Assembly (NCBI GenBank): GCA_045652665.1
Contig: JAZRUS010000003.1
Location: forward strand, 1-58,653
Origin: Eubacteriales bacterium
GTDB lineage: Bacteria > Bacillota > Clostridia > Oscillospirales > CAG-272
DNA length: 58,653 nucleotides
Reading direction: 5' to 3'
Positions within the stretch are counted from its first letter, which is position 1; the number at the start of each line of letters is the position of its first letter. Under the pieces are notes generated by a model. It was not told the origin of the DNA, ran no database searches, and saw only the letters and a list, made by a program, of their open reading frames with translations. The translations under genes and the position numbers were made by a program. Below are positions 7,153 to 14,333 of the stretch, in pieces.

Positions 7153-7179
7153 CGAGAGGGACGCTTATAATCCCTCTCG
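7153..7179. terminator. hairpin terminator, inverted twin of 4679-4705
   Basis: CGAGAGGGA-CGCTTATAA-TCCCTCTCG followed by ATTTTATTTTTT. It matches the reverse complement of 4679-4705 at 26 of 27 positions. Confidence 0.7.
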
Positions 7180-7240
7180 AATTTTATTTTTTCGCTTTTA
7201 GGTATTTACTTTGTCAAAAAGAATGTGGTATAATATACTT

Positions 7241-7328
7241 GTCGGGGGGGTGCCGTCCCCCCCACCATACATTATATCATATTCTTACAAGAACACCCAC
7301 GGATCTCCCAGTCCGTGGGTGTTTTTTT
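7241..7328 (+). ncRNA. candidate ~88-nt small RNA (promoter + G7/C7 hairpin + intrinsic terminator)
   Basis: Promoter: TTTACT (7205-7210), an 18-nt spacer, then TGg-TATAAT (7229-7234). A 5' hairpin GGGGGGG-TGCCGT-CCCCCCC lies at 7244-7263. The terminator ACCCACGGA-loop-TCCGTGGGT plus T7 lies at 7295-7328. The only overlapping ORF (7211-7468) looks spurious. Confidence 0.4.
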
Positions 7329-7336
7329 ATGCCCGA

Positions 7337-7605
7337 AAAAGTTTCAAAGTTTCAATTGACTATTTTATAATAACTTTGTTATTAAAACTTGAAAAAGTTT
7401 CAATTGGTTACAAAATATCGCGTAAGAAATGTAACGATTTCCCATATAAAAGAAGAAGGAAAAAATGATTTTGTAACAAAATGCAACGATTTTTGCAAAA
7501 ATGCGTAAAAGTTGCAAAAGGTATCAGATCAGTGTTGAATAGTATCTAAGATACTAAGAGGGGGAAAAGTACTCAAAAGTACTCAAAAATATAAAAATAC
7601 TCAAA
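7337..7605. repeat. AT-rich iteron block 1 (candidate replication origin / operator array)
   Basis: AAAGTTTCAA(TTG) occurs three times (7337-7358 and 7393-7407). TG(T/C)AACGATTT occurs twice (7430 and 7482). The palindrome AGTATCTAAGATACT lies at 7541-7555. (G/A)TACTCAAA occurs three times (7569-7605). Confidence 0.55.
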
Positions 7606-7886
7606 TCTTTCCTCATTTCGGTCCCTCTCGACAGAATGGTTTGAAAGTTCGATTCTTGATTTTTTTCAACAATGAAATTGTTGCATATCAAAAAAAGTTC
7701 GGAAACGCTTCAAAAAGTTAGATGTTAAAACTACCCCTTTTTGACGTGATAATACAGGGCTTTACGCAACATTAAATGTTTTGGGGTAGTATTTACCCGT
7801 AGAAATGTTTTAATGTTGCTGAAAGCATTGTAGTAAAGGCTGAAATAGGCTCAAAATTGATTCTGAACGCTGTTAGAAGAGCATGG

Positions 7887-8174
7887 TCACTGTTCGCCCT
7901 TGTTTCTTCCTGCTAAAAGGCGATTAGCAATGTTCTTTTTCTCTTCCTCTGATACAATTCTCGGTGTATGTATCTTGATGAGCTTCTTCGGCAGAGTATA
8001 AACTCCGTAATCATCGTGTCTTTCCTCGCATATAACATCGTTACAGGCGTTGGCTGCCTTTTCGAGCTGCCTTAAGAGTCTGCCGTTAAACGTTTCTATT
8101 CTTGCGGTAGTTTCTTCTTCGTTAAAAAGTATAATTGTTTCCTTTTCGTATCGAGTTAAATTATAGTTTTCCAT
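7887..8174 (-). CDS. hypothetical 95-aa protein
   Basis: ORF lying between the two iteron blocks, with a weak RBS. I recognise no family. Confidence 0.5.
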   Translation of the reverse strand: MENYNLTRYEKETIILFNEEETTARIETFNGRLLRQLEKAANACNDVICEERHDDYGVYTLPKKLIKIHTPRIVSEEEKKNIANRLLAGRNKGEQ

Positions 8175-8200
8175 TCTTTTGTTTGTCCTTTCTTGGTATA

Positions 8201-8306
8201 AAAGTGTTCAGTGTATAAAAGGTGTTCAGTAAGACCTTTAACAGTATCAGAGATACTGAGAGGGATGAAAAGTGTTCACTTATCAAAAAAGTGTTCACTT
8301 ATCAAG
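8201..8306. repeat. iteron block 2
   Basis: Four GTGTTCA boxes lie at 8204, 8222, 8272 and 8291. They include a 19-bp tandem AAAAGTGTTCACTTATCAA x2 (8268-8306) and the palindrome AGTATCAGAGATACT (8243-8257), which is related to the one at 7541. Confidence 0.6.
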
Positions 8307-8320
8307 AATCAATTTTCTTT

Positions 8321-9055
8321 TCATAGATCAAGCGGAGGTGTCCAATCTACATCACCCCGTCTGTGATGTTCTTCGGTTTCCCATTTCCATGCGTAGCGTT
8401 CCCAGTCATCGAGTATATCCTCTCCCCCATACCCCTTCCAATCGCGAGCTTTGTTATACGCAATAAAATCCTCAACGTTAGATATGAAATGATGCTTGCT
8501 AAAGAATTTGATGACTTCAAACTCAATAATCTCTCTGTCTTGCGCTCGCGCGCTATTACATACTGTTGTTGTAGTTGTTGTTTCCCCTTCTTTAGAGGGG
8601 GATATAGGGGGAGATGTTATATCATTGTCATTATCATTATCATCTTCATTATCATCTTCATCTTCATTATCATTATCGGCTTTTGGGTTTTTTTGTTTGT
8701 CTTTTTGAGTGCGTTCAGAAGTGGCAAAATCCCTTGTGACATCTACGTTTTTGCAACCCAAAACCCAGTGGGTATTGGGTTTTTTTGTGTTGTTTTTTGG
8801 TCTTCCACCTTTTGAACCATTTGCACGATTACGTTCGACAATATCAAGATACTTGTTTTTGTCAATTTCAAACTGTGATTGAATGAAAGAAAATGCCATA
8901 GAGCACAACGGTGAGAGGGGAGTTATTACCTTGCCGTCTATCTGATATTCAAATATGGCAGTAAACAGTTTGCCGCGTTCTTCCATCGTCAATGACTCGA
9001 CACTTTTATAATAGCTTTTATAGAGTATAAAGCTCTTCTTTTCGTTATCTGCCAT
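8321..9055 (-). CDS. replication-organizer-like protein (DUF6291-like N-terminus, acidic low-complexity linker)
   Basis: The N-terminus FILYKSYYKSVESLTMEERGKLFTAIFEY ... ERNRANGSKGGRPKN matches a pattern I associate with phage/plasmid replication-module proteins of Firmicutes. A DNDNEDEDDNEDDNDNDND and TTTTTT linker follows. The iterons lie immediately downstream. Confidence 0.5.
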   Translation of the reverse strand: MADNEKKSFILYKSYYKSVESLTMEERGKLFTAIFEYQIDGKVITPLSPLCSMAFSFIQSQFEIDKNKYLDIVERNRANGSKGGRPKNNTKKPNTHWVLGCKNVDVTRDFATSERTQKDKQKNPKADNDNEDEDDNEDDNDNDNDITSPPISPSKEGETTTTTTVCNSARAQDREIIEFEVIKFFSKHHFISNVEDFIAYNKARDWKGYGGEDILDDWERYAWKWETEEHHRRGDVDWTPPLDL

Positions 9056-9283
9056 TTACTCTTCCCCCATAGTATCACCGTTTTGAATGATAGGCTCAAA
9101 GGCAAGCATAGCCATGTGCAATACAGGGTTATCTACTGTTTGGAATGGTACACCTTCCCTCTGTCGTTTTATACATGCCTTAAGCAATATGCCGGCACTT
9201 TCATCGTCCAGAGCCTCAATAATTGGAACTTGAGTGTAGGGCACCAAAAAACCTTTATCAAGGCTATATGATTTGTTTGCCAT
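9056..9283 (-). CDS. hypothetical 75-aa protein
   Basis: It is abutted to both neighbouring genes with no gap, consistent with translational coupling in the cro-side operon. Confidence 0.5.
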   Translation of the reverse strand: MANKSYSLDKGFLVPYTQVPIIEALDDESAGILLKACIKRQREGVPFQTVDNPVLHMAMLAFEPIIQNGDTMGEE

Positions 9284-9481
9284 TTATGCACCCTCTTTCT
9301 CTCCACCATTAAGGAAAGCCAAAAGAGATGACCAGGATATAAGGATCTTACGGCCAGCCATAACAGAATGAAATTTGTTCTCCTTCTGCCATCTTCGTAA
9401 CGTTACCTCGCAGATCGGCACGTCCGGCTGAGCGTTCTTTAGTCTTTCTGCGGCTTGTTTTATTGTCAGCATTTCGGGCAT
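9284..9481 (-). CDS. excisionase-like HTH_17 DNA-binding protein
   Basis: MLTIKQAAERLKNAQPDVPICEVTLRRWQKENKFHSVMAGRKILISWSSLLAFL. The ORF-track start at 9502 is a TTG, so I prefer the ATG at 9481, but the start remains uncertain. Confidence 0.6.
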   Translation of the reverse strand: MPEMLTIKQAAERLKNAQPDVPICEVTLRRWQKENKFHSVMAGRKILISWSSLLAFLNGGEKEGA

Positions 9482-9488
9482 AGTCTTG

Positions 9489-9749
9489 TCACACTCCTTC
9501 AATTTGTTGCTTTTTTGCAGATTGAATCGAATTTGATTCTACCTCTTTTGCGAAAAAAATATCACGCACTTCATCGTCGCTAAGAGATAAAGCAATACCG
9601 ATCTTGTGTGCCTCGCTGATTAGAAACTCTCGCTTATTGTGGATTTTATTGAATAATCCTGTAGTAGTCAAGCCGATAAAGGAAGCCAATGCTTTTATTG
9701 TAAATCCTTTCTCTCTCATTTTTCCTTGTAATTTTGCTGTGTTTGTCAT
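9489..9749 (-). CDS. Cro-like HTH regulator
   Basis: The ATG at 9749 lies behind GGAAGGAGA. The sequence is MTNTAKLQGKMREKGFTIKALASFIGLTTTGLFNKIHNK. It is divergent from the cI-like gene. Confidence 0.65.
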   Translation of the reverse strand: MTNTAKLQGKMREKGFTIKALASFIGLTTTGLFNKIHNKREFLISEAHKIGIALSLSDDEVRDIFFAKEVESNSIQSAKKQQIEGV

Positions 9750-9785
9750 AGTATTCTCCTTCCGGTTGAATTTTAATCTACACAT

Positions 9786-9815
9786 ATTATATCAAATCAA
9801 TCTGTAGAATGTAAA
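9786..9815 (-). promoter_or_regulatory. promoter of the cro-side operon
   Basis: On the minus strand: TTTACA (9815-9810), an 18-nt spacer, then TATAAT (9791-9786). Confidence 0.55.
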
Positions 9816-9854
9816 GCTCGTTTTTAAACAATTTTTATTTTTTTTGAAAAAATG

Positions 9855-9883
9855 TTGATTTTCATTCTATTTTGTGATATATT
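9855..9883 (+). promoter_or_regulatory. promoter of the cI-like repressor / integrase operon
   Basis: TTGATT (9855-9860), a 17-nt spacer, then TATATT (9878-9883). The inverted half-sites TAGAATG (9805-9811) and CATTCTA (9863-9869) each sit in or beside one promoter. Confidence 0.55.
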
Positions 9884-9910
9884 ATAAGTAGAAACAGGAG
9901 GTTGTTAACT

Positions 9911-10537
9911 ATGTTTAATCTTTTAGAATTAGGGCAAAGAATTAAAAACAGAAGAATAGCACTAAATATGACACAGGAAGAATTGGGGCTTAAGGTTGGG
10001 TACACCTCGCGATCGAGTATTAACAAAGTAGAACTTGGCAAGGTAGATATACCTCAATCGAAAATTGAATCATTAGCCAACGCTTTGCACGTAACCCCTG
10101 CTTTTCTAATGGGGTGGGAAGAAGCACCGAACTCAGAACTGCGCCCGGTTAAATTAAAAAAATTCCGCATGCTTGGCGAAATATCATGCGGAAAGCCTAT
10201 TTTTACGGAAGAAGAACATGACTCATACATTGACGCGAGCGCAGACATAGAAGCAGACTATTGTCTGACAGCCAAAGGTGAATCAATGATAGGCGCAAGG
10301 ATAAATGACGGTGACGTTGTGTTTATCAAGCAGCAGCAGATTGTCAATAACGGTGAAATAGCGGCCGTGGCAATTGGTGATGAATTCACTTTGAAATATT
10401 GGTATTACTATCCCGAAAAACAGAAACTCGTTCTAACCCCTGCTAACCCGGCTTTTGAGCCGCTTATTTACACGGGTGCTGAGCTCGATGAGGTTTATTG
10501 CCTTGGTAAGGCTGTGTGCTTTATGAGCAATTTGTGA
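9911..10537 (+). CDS. cI/LexA-like repressor (XRE HTH + S24 peptidase domain)
   Basis: LGQRIKNRRIALNMTQEELGLKVGYTSRSSINKVELG forms the HTH_3 module. AKGESMIGARINDGDVVFI ... TLKYWY forms the S24 Ser/Lys module. AGGAGG lies 10 nt upstream of the ATG at 9911. Confidence 0.85.
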   Translation: MFNLLELGQRIKNRRIALNMTQEELGLKVGYTSRSSINKVELGKVDIPQSKIESLANALHVTPAFLMGWEEAPNSELRPVKLKKFRMLGEISCGKPIFTEEEHDSYIDASADIEADYCLTAKGESMIGARINDGDVVFIKQQQIVNNGEIAAVAIGDEFTLKYWYYYPEKQKLVLTPANPAFEPLIYTGAELDEVYCLGKAVCFMSNL

Positions 10538-10546
10538 GGGTAAGGA

Positions 10547-11950
10547 ATGGCAACGATACGAAAACGCGGAGACACCTATCAGATACGCGTATCTTGTGGC
10601 TATGATACAACCGGCAAGCAAATAACACGCACTAAAACGTGGAAACCCGAGAGGGATATGACGGAAAAGCAGAAAGAAAAAGAGCTTCAGCGCATTTCCG
10701 TGCTATTTGAAGAACAATGCTCACAAGGTCTGTTTCTTGATTCCTCAATGAAATTTGCGACTTTCTCCGATCTATGGCTTAAGGACTATGCCGAAAAGCA
10801 ATTACGGGCAACAACGGTGTTCAATTATCGCAACATGATGAAAACGATAAATAAGGGAATCGGACATCTTCGCATGGATAGGATCCAGCCGCACCACCTT
10901 ATGAGCTTTTATGACGAATTGCAGAGAAACGGTAAGCAGATCAAAGTATCACAGCTTCCCTCTCAATCGTTTTTTGACGAGGTGCAGAGAAAATCCCTCT
11001 CAAAAATAGAATTGTCAAGACGTGCAGATGTTGGAAGATCTGTTATAACCTCGTTATACCGCGGTGAGTGCATTTCTTTTGATTCTGCGTGTAAACTTGC
11101 GCTAGCAATTCAAAAGCCTGTAGAGAGCGTTTTTAAGCCTTCTGCAGAGGGGAAAAAATCCCTCTCCGGAAAGACTGTACTAAATCACCATCGGCTCATC
11201 AGCTCCGTACTTGAAACGGCTGTAAAATGGCAAATAATCATTGCTAACCCTTGTGACAGAGTGAAACCGCCTAAAGCGAACCGAAAAGAAGCGCGATACC
11301 TTGATGAAAAGCAAGCGGGAGAGATCCTTAAACTGCTTGATAACGAGCCTATCAAATTCCGCGCCATGATAACCCTGCTATTGTATTCGGGTATGCGTCG
11401 CGGTGAGTTATGCGGTCTGACATGGGGGGATATTGATTTTAATACCGGCATAGTTGATATAAACAAAAGTTCGCTATACTTGCCACGTAAGGGTGTTTTT
11501 GACGATACAACCAAAAATAAAACCTCTGCGCGGTCCATTAAGCTCCCTCGCTTTGTGCTTGATACATTGCAGGAATGGAAGAAAGAACAGACTTTAATCT
11601 GTATGCAGTCGGGCACCGCTTGGGTAGGAGAGAGAGGGAGAACGTGCAAGGTGTTCACCCAATACAACGGTAAGCCTATACACCCCTGCACTGTCACGAT
11701 CAACTTCAATAAGTTTATCGAGAAAAATAATCTGCCGGGTGTGAGTGTTCATTCCTTAAGGCATACCAACGCCACGTTGATGATAGCTTCCGGTGTTGAT
11801 ATTCGTACCGTATCAAAACGTCTCGGACACGCTCAGACATCAACGACAACGAATATTTACACCCACGCGATCCGCACAGCTGACGAATTGGCAGCTGAGG
11901 CAATAGACGATATTTTAACACCTAAAAAAGCATCGCGAAAAAGTGGTTGA
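10547..11950 (+). CDS. tyrosine integrase with N-terminal arm-binding domain and an internal HTH-like insert
   Basis: The N-terminus is MATIRKRGDTYQIRVSCGYDTTGKQ. The catalytic signatures are LLYSGMRRGEL, HSLRHTNATL and LGHAQTSTTTNIYTH. Residues ~146-190 (SLSKIELSRRADVGRSVITSLYRGECISFDSACKLALAI) look like an XRE-type HTH. Confidence 0.9.
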   Translation: MATIRKRGDTYQIRVSCGYDTTGKQITRTKTWKPERDMTEKQKEKELQRISVLFEEQCSQGLFLDSSMKFATFSDLWLKDYAEKQLRATTVFNYRNMMKTINKGIGHLRMDRIQPHHLMSFYDELQRNGKQIKVSQLPSQSFFDEVQRKSLSKIELSRRADVGRSVITSLYRGECISFDSACKLALAIQKPVESVFKPSAEGKKSLSGKTVLNHHRLISSVLETAVKWQIIIANPCDRVKPPKANRKEARYLDEKQAGEILKLLDNEPIKFRAMITLLLYSGMRRGELCGLTWGDIDFNTGIVDINKSSLYLPRKGVFDDTTKNKTSARSIKLPRFVLDTLQEWKKEQTLICMQSGTAWVGERGRTCKVFTQYNGKPIHPCTVTINFNKFIEKNNLPGVSVHSLRHTNATLMIASGVDIRTVSKRLGHAQTSTTTNIYTHAIRTADELAAEAIDDILTPKKASRKSG

Positions 11951-11954
11951 GTTT

Positions 11955-11990
11955 GTCCTTTATTTGTCCTTTATTCCCTCAATAAAGGAC
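11955..11990 (+). repeat. GTCCTTTATT x2 plus one inverted copy (candidate arm-type sites, right arm)
   Basis: GTCCTTTATT-T-GTCCTTTATT lies at 11955-11975 and the inverted copy AATAAAGGAC at 11981-11990. The same 21-mer occurs at 4568-4588. Confidence 0.5.
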
Positions 11991-12111
11991 AGAAAACAGC
12001 ACAAAATGAGATTAAACGAAATTTAACGAAAAATGCTTAAACCCCTTGAAAATACTAGATAAAATCGAATTTTATTAAACGAGATTAAACGAGAAAAAAC
12101 AGGCAAAAATA

Positions 12112-12161
12112 GGCTCATAACCCGAAGGTCGTGAGGTTCAAATCCCACCTCCGCAACCAAA
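12112..12161 (+). repeat. attR core (displaced original 3' half of tRNA-fMet)
   Basis: 50 nt identical to 4448-4497, followed by what looks like the original tRNA terminator. Confidence 0.9.
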
Positions 12162-12164
12162 AAA

Positions 12165-12197
12165 GAAAACACACCCTCGTGGTGTGTTTTCTTTTTT
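12165..12197. terminator. rho-independent terminator (original tRNA-fMet terminator)
   Basis: GAAAACACACC-CTCGT-GGTGTGTTTTC followed by TTTTTT. Confidence 0.8.
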
Positions 12198-12203
12198 GCT
12201 CGC

Positions 12204-12258
12204 AGAGGCGAGGTGGGATTTGAACCTCAAGAGCTTCGCTCTATGATGTCGCTCCGCG
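12204..12258 (-). pseudogene. degenerate, shortened tRNA-fMet-like copy in inverted orientation
   Basis: The minus strand reads CGCGGAG-CGACATCATAGAGCGAAGCTCT-TGAGGTTCAAATCCCACCTC-GCC. It shares the 5' heptamer and a 19-nt T-arm block (12210-12228) with tRNA-fMet, but the acceptor pairing is broken and there is no D arm. Confidence 0.45.
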
Positions 12259-12508
12259 TTGTACTGAATGTGACTGATGTACTTTGTACTCCACGAGCAA
12301 AGTAAACCCATCTTCGCTACAATAGCGGAGCGGGATCCATTCCGCAGGCACACAGCAAAGACCGAGGCACTCGGCTCTCGCGGAATATTGCGTAACACGG
12401 AGCAATGCGCTCCCCTAGATAAAATGCGATGCAATTACCGCATAGCCTACCCCGTGTAGCAAATAACACGTTTTTCTTGCCATAATTCGAATTTTGCTCC
12501 CGCAAACA

Positions 12509-12541
12509 AAAACCTTCTCGGACGAAGTTCGGGAAGGTTTT
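12509..12541. terminator. bidirectional hairpin terminator
   Basis: AAAACCTTC-15 nt-GAAGGTTTT with T-rich runs on both strands. Confidence 0.6.
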
Positions 12542-12845
12542 ACTTTTTCACTCTTCACTTTTCACTCTTCAATAAATTCGTCCGAGAAGATTTTTGGAGG
12601 CAATAAGTAACAGTGAAGAGGTGATAGTGAAGAGGTGTTTAGTGTACACGCTACTGCCTCAAATAATTTCGCATTATGCATTCTGAATTCTGCATTTAAC
12701 ATCGTCGTGGCGAATCCTTGCATTTAGGACACCTCATCCGTCACGCTTCGCGTTGCACGAAGGTTGCTATCCTCATGGATATTTATCAATATAGTAAAAA
12801 AGTTCGCAAAAGCTCACAAATGCTCACAAATGTTGTCACATATCA

Positions 12846-12874
12846 TTGACAAAATGCAGAATTTGTGATACAAT
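12846..12874 (+). promoter_or_regulatory. promoter of the amino-acid permease gene
   Basis: TTGACA (12846-12851), a 17-nt spacer, then TACAAT (12869-12874). Confidence 0.6.
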
Positions 12875-12980
12875 GACAAAATGATGGTTTGTGATTTTTA
12901 AATTGCGTTATTGTAATTTAGCAAGGCATTTCGTTGCTTGGTAATATTGAAAAAGTACAAAAATTAAAAGAGAATGTTTT

Positions 12981-14330
12981 ATGGAAAACAAGGAAACAAA
13001 AAGAACACTCAAAAAAAATCTGGGCGTTACGTCTGCAATGGCAATAGTTGTAGGCTGCGTAATTGGAGCCGGCGTATTTTTTAAGCCTTACGCCATTTAT
13101 CTGGAAACCGGCGGCGCGCCCGGCATGGGTATGCTTGCTTGGATCATTGGCGGTTTAGCAAGCATTTTTGCCGCTTTAACTTTTGCGGAAATCGCTATCC
13201 TGATTCCCCGAACGGGCGGTATGATAGCTTATCTTACAGACGTTTATAATGAGAAAATAGGCTTTTTGGCAGGATGGATGCAAACCCTAATTTTTTATCC
13301 CGCTTTTTTGGCAAGCTACGGTGTTACGGTAGGTAACGAGCTATCTGCCTACGTTGGTGAGCGGTATGCGCTTCCCATTGCTATGGCCTCGATTGCAATA
13401 CTGGTTTTATTTAACGTTTTAGGTTCAAAATCTGCATCAAGATTCCAGATTGTTTTCACTGTCTGCAAGCTCCTGCCGTTGTTCGTGCTTATGATTTTCG
13501 GATTTATCCTTGGCGAGGGCGGAAACCCTGTTGTTACACCCTTGGTAGCCGAGGGAAAGCAGGCGGGTGCGGTTTTGGGTTCAACGCTCTTAGCAGTTTT
13601 GTTTGCTTTTGAAGGCTGGACAAACGTTGGCGCGATAGCAGGCGAAATGAAAAATCCCGGACGTGATCTGCCTCGCGCGATCGTTGGCGGCGTCTCAATT
13701 ATTATGCTCGTATATATCATAATCAATATTGCATATATTTGGGTAATACCTGCAGACGAGCTTATGAATATATCCTCTCCCGCGGCAGCCGTCGCAGAAA
13801 AAATCTTTGGAACCTTTGGCGGTACTTTAATAAAAATAGGAATCATCATTTCGGTTATTGGCGCCGCAAACGGTTTCTTGATGTCAGGCTCTCGCGTGTG
13901 CTATCAGCTGGCAGAACAAAAAACGCTTCCTTTCAGCAAAGCCCTGAGCAAGATAAATTCAAGAAGCGTTCCTACGAATTCAATTATTTTAATAGGCGTA
14001 TTAGGCTGCCTGTTCTGTATTGGCGGAACCTTTGATATGCTTACAAATCTCGCAGTCTTCTCTTGTTGGATATTCTATACACTTACTTTTACGGCAGTTA
14101 TAACGTTAAGAAAAAAGCATCCGGAGATCGAGAGAAAGTACAAGGTTCCTCTGTATCCCGTTATTCCGATTTTGGCAATTATCAGCGGTGTTTACGTTGT
14201 TTTGAGCCAGATTTTCTGGTCGGGTAAAACAGCAACGTTATTATCGATCGGAAGCATTGCCGCTACGCTGATCGGTTTGCCTGTATATTTCCTTGTTAAA
14301 AAATATTACAAATCAAAAGAAGCATTATAA
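12981..14330 (+). CDS. APC-family amino acid permease
   Basis: 449 aa with about 12 predicted TM segments. The N-terminal motif IVVGCVIGAGVFFKP and the overall pattern are typical of amino acid/polyamine/organocation transporters. Confidence 0.85.
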   Translation: MENKETKRTLKKNLGVTSAMAIVVGCVIGAGVFFKPYAIYLETGGAPGMGMLAWIIGGLASIFAALTFAEIAILIPRTGGMIAYLTDVYNEKIGFLAGWMQTLIFYPAFLASYGVTVGNELSAYVGERYALPIAMASIAILVLFNVLGSKSASRFQIVFTVCKLLPLFVLMIFGFILGEGGNPVVTPLVAEGKQAGAVLGSTLLAVLFAFEGWTNVGAIAGEMKNPGRDLPRAIVGGVSIIMLVYIIINIAYIWVIPADELMNISSPAAAVAEKIFGTFGGTLIKIGIIISVIGAANGFLMSGSRVCYQLAEQKTLPFSKALSKINSRSVPTNSIILIGVLGCLFCIGGTFDMLTNLAVFSCWIFYTLTFTAVITLRKKHPEIERKYKVPLYPVIPILAIISGVYVVLSQIFWSGKTATLLSIGSIAATLIGLPVYFLVKKYYKSKEAL

Positions 14331-14333
14331 CGA

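Noticed and set aside
7211-7468. 85-aa ORF in the island intergenic region
   Set aside because: It spans a promoter, a G7/C7 hairpin, an intrinsic terminator and iterons, has no RBS, and encodes an odd sequence (GGVPSPPPY). The region is better explained as a small RNA plus origin repeats.
8363-8815. 150-aa and 70-aa plus-strand ORFs (8363-8815 and 8496-8708)
   Set aside because: They are antisense products of the low-complexity acidic/Thr linker of the rep-like gene, with homopolymeric I/F/S runs.
12198-12507. Possible tmRNA (ssrA) or RNase P RNA on the minus strand, suggested by a T-arm plus a CCTCGCCTC-like 3' end and a GGGAGC...TTCGAA-like 5' end
   Set aside because: The 5' and 3' ends cannot form the tRNA-like acceptor stem. 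There is no CCA end and no tag reading frame ending in a hydrophobic ...AA stop. The RNase P hallmark GAGGAAAGTCC is absent on both strands. I kept it only as an unassigned noncoding segment with a tRNA-fMet-like relic.
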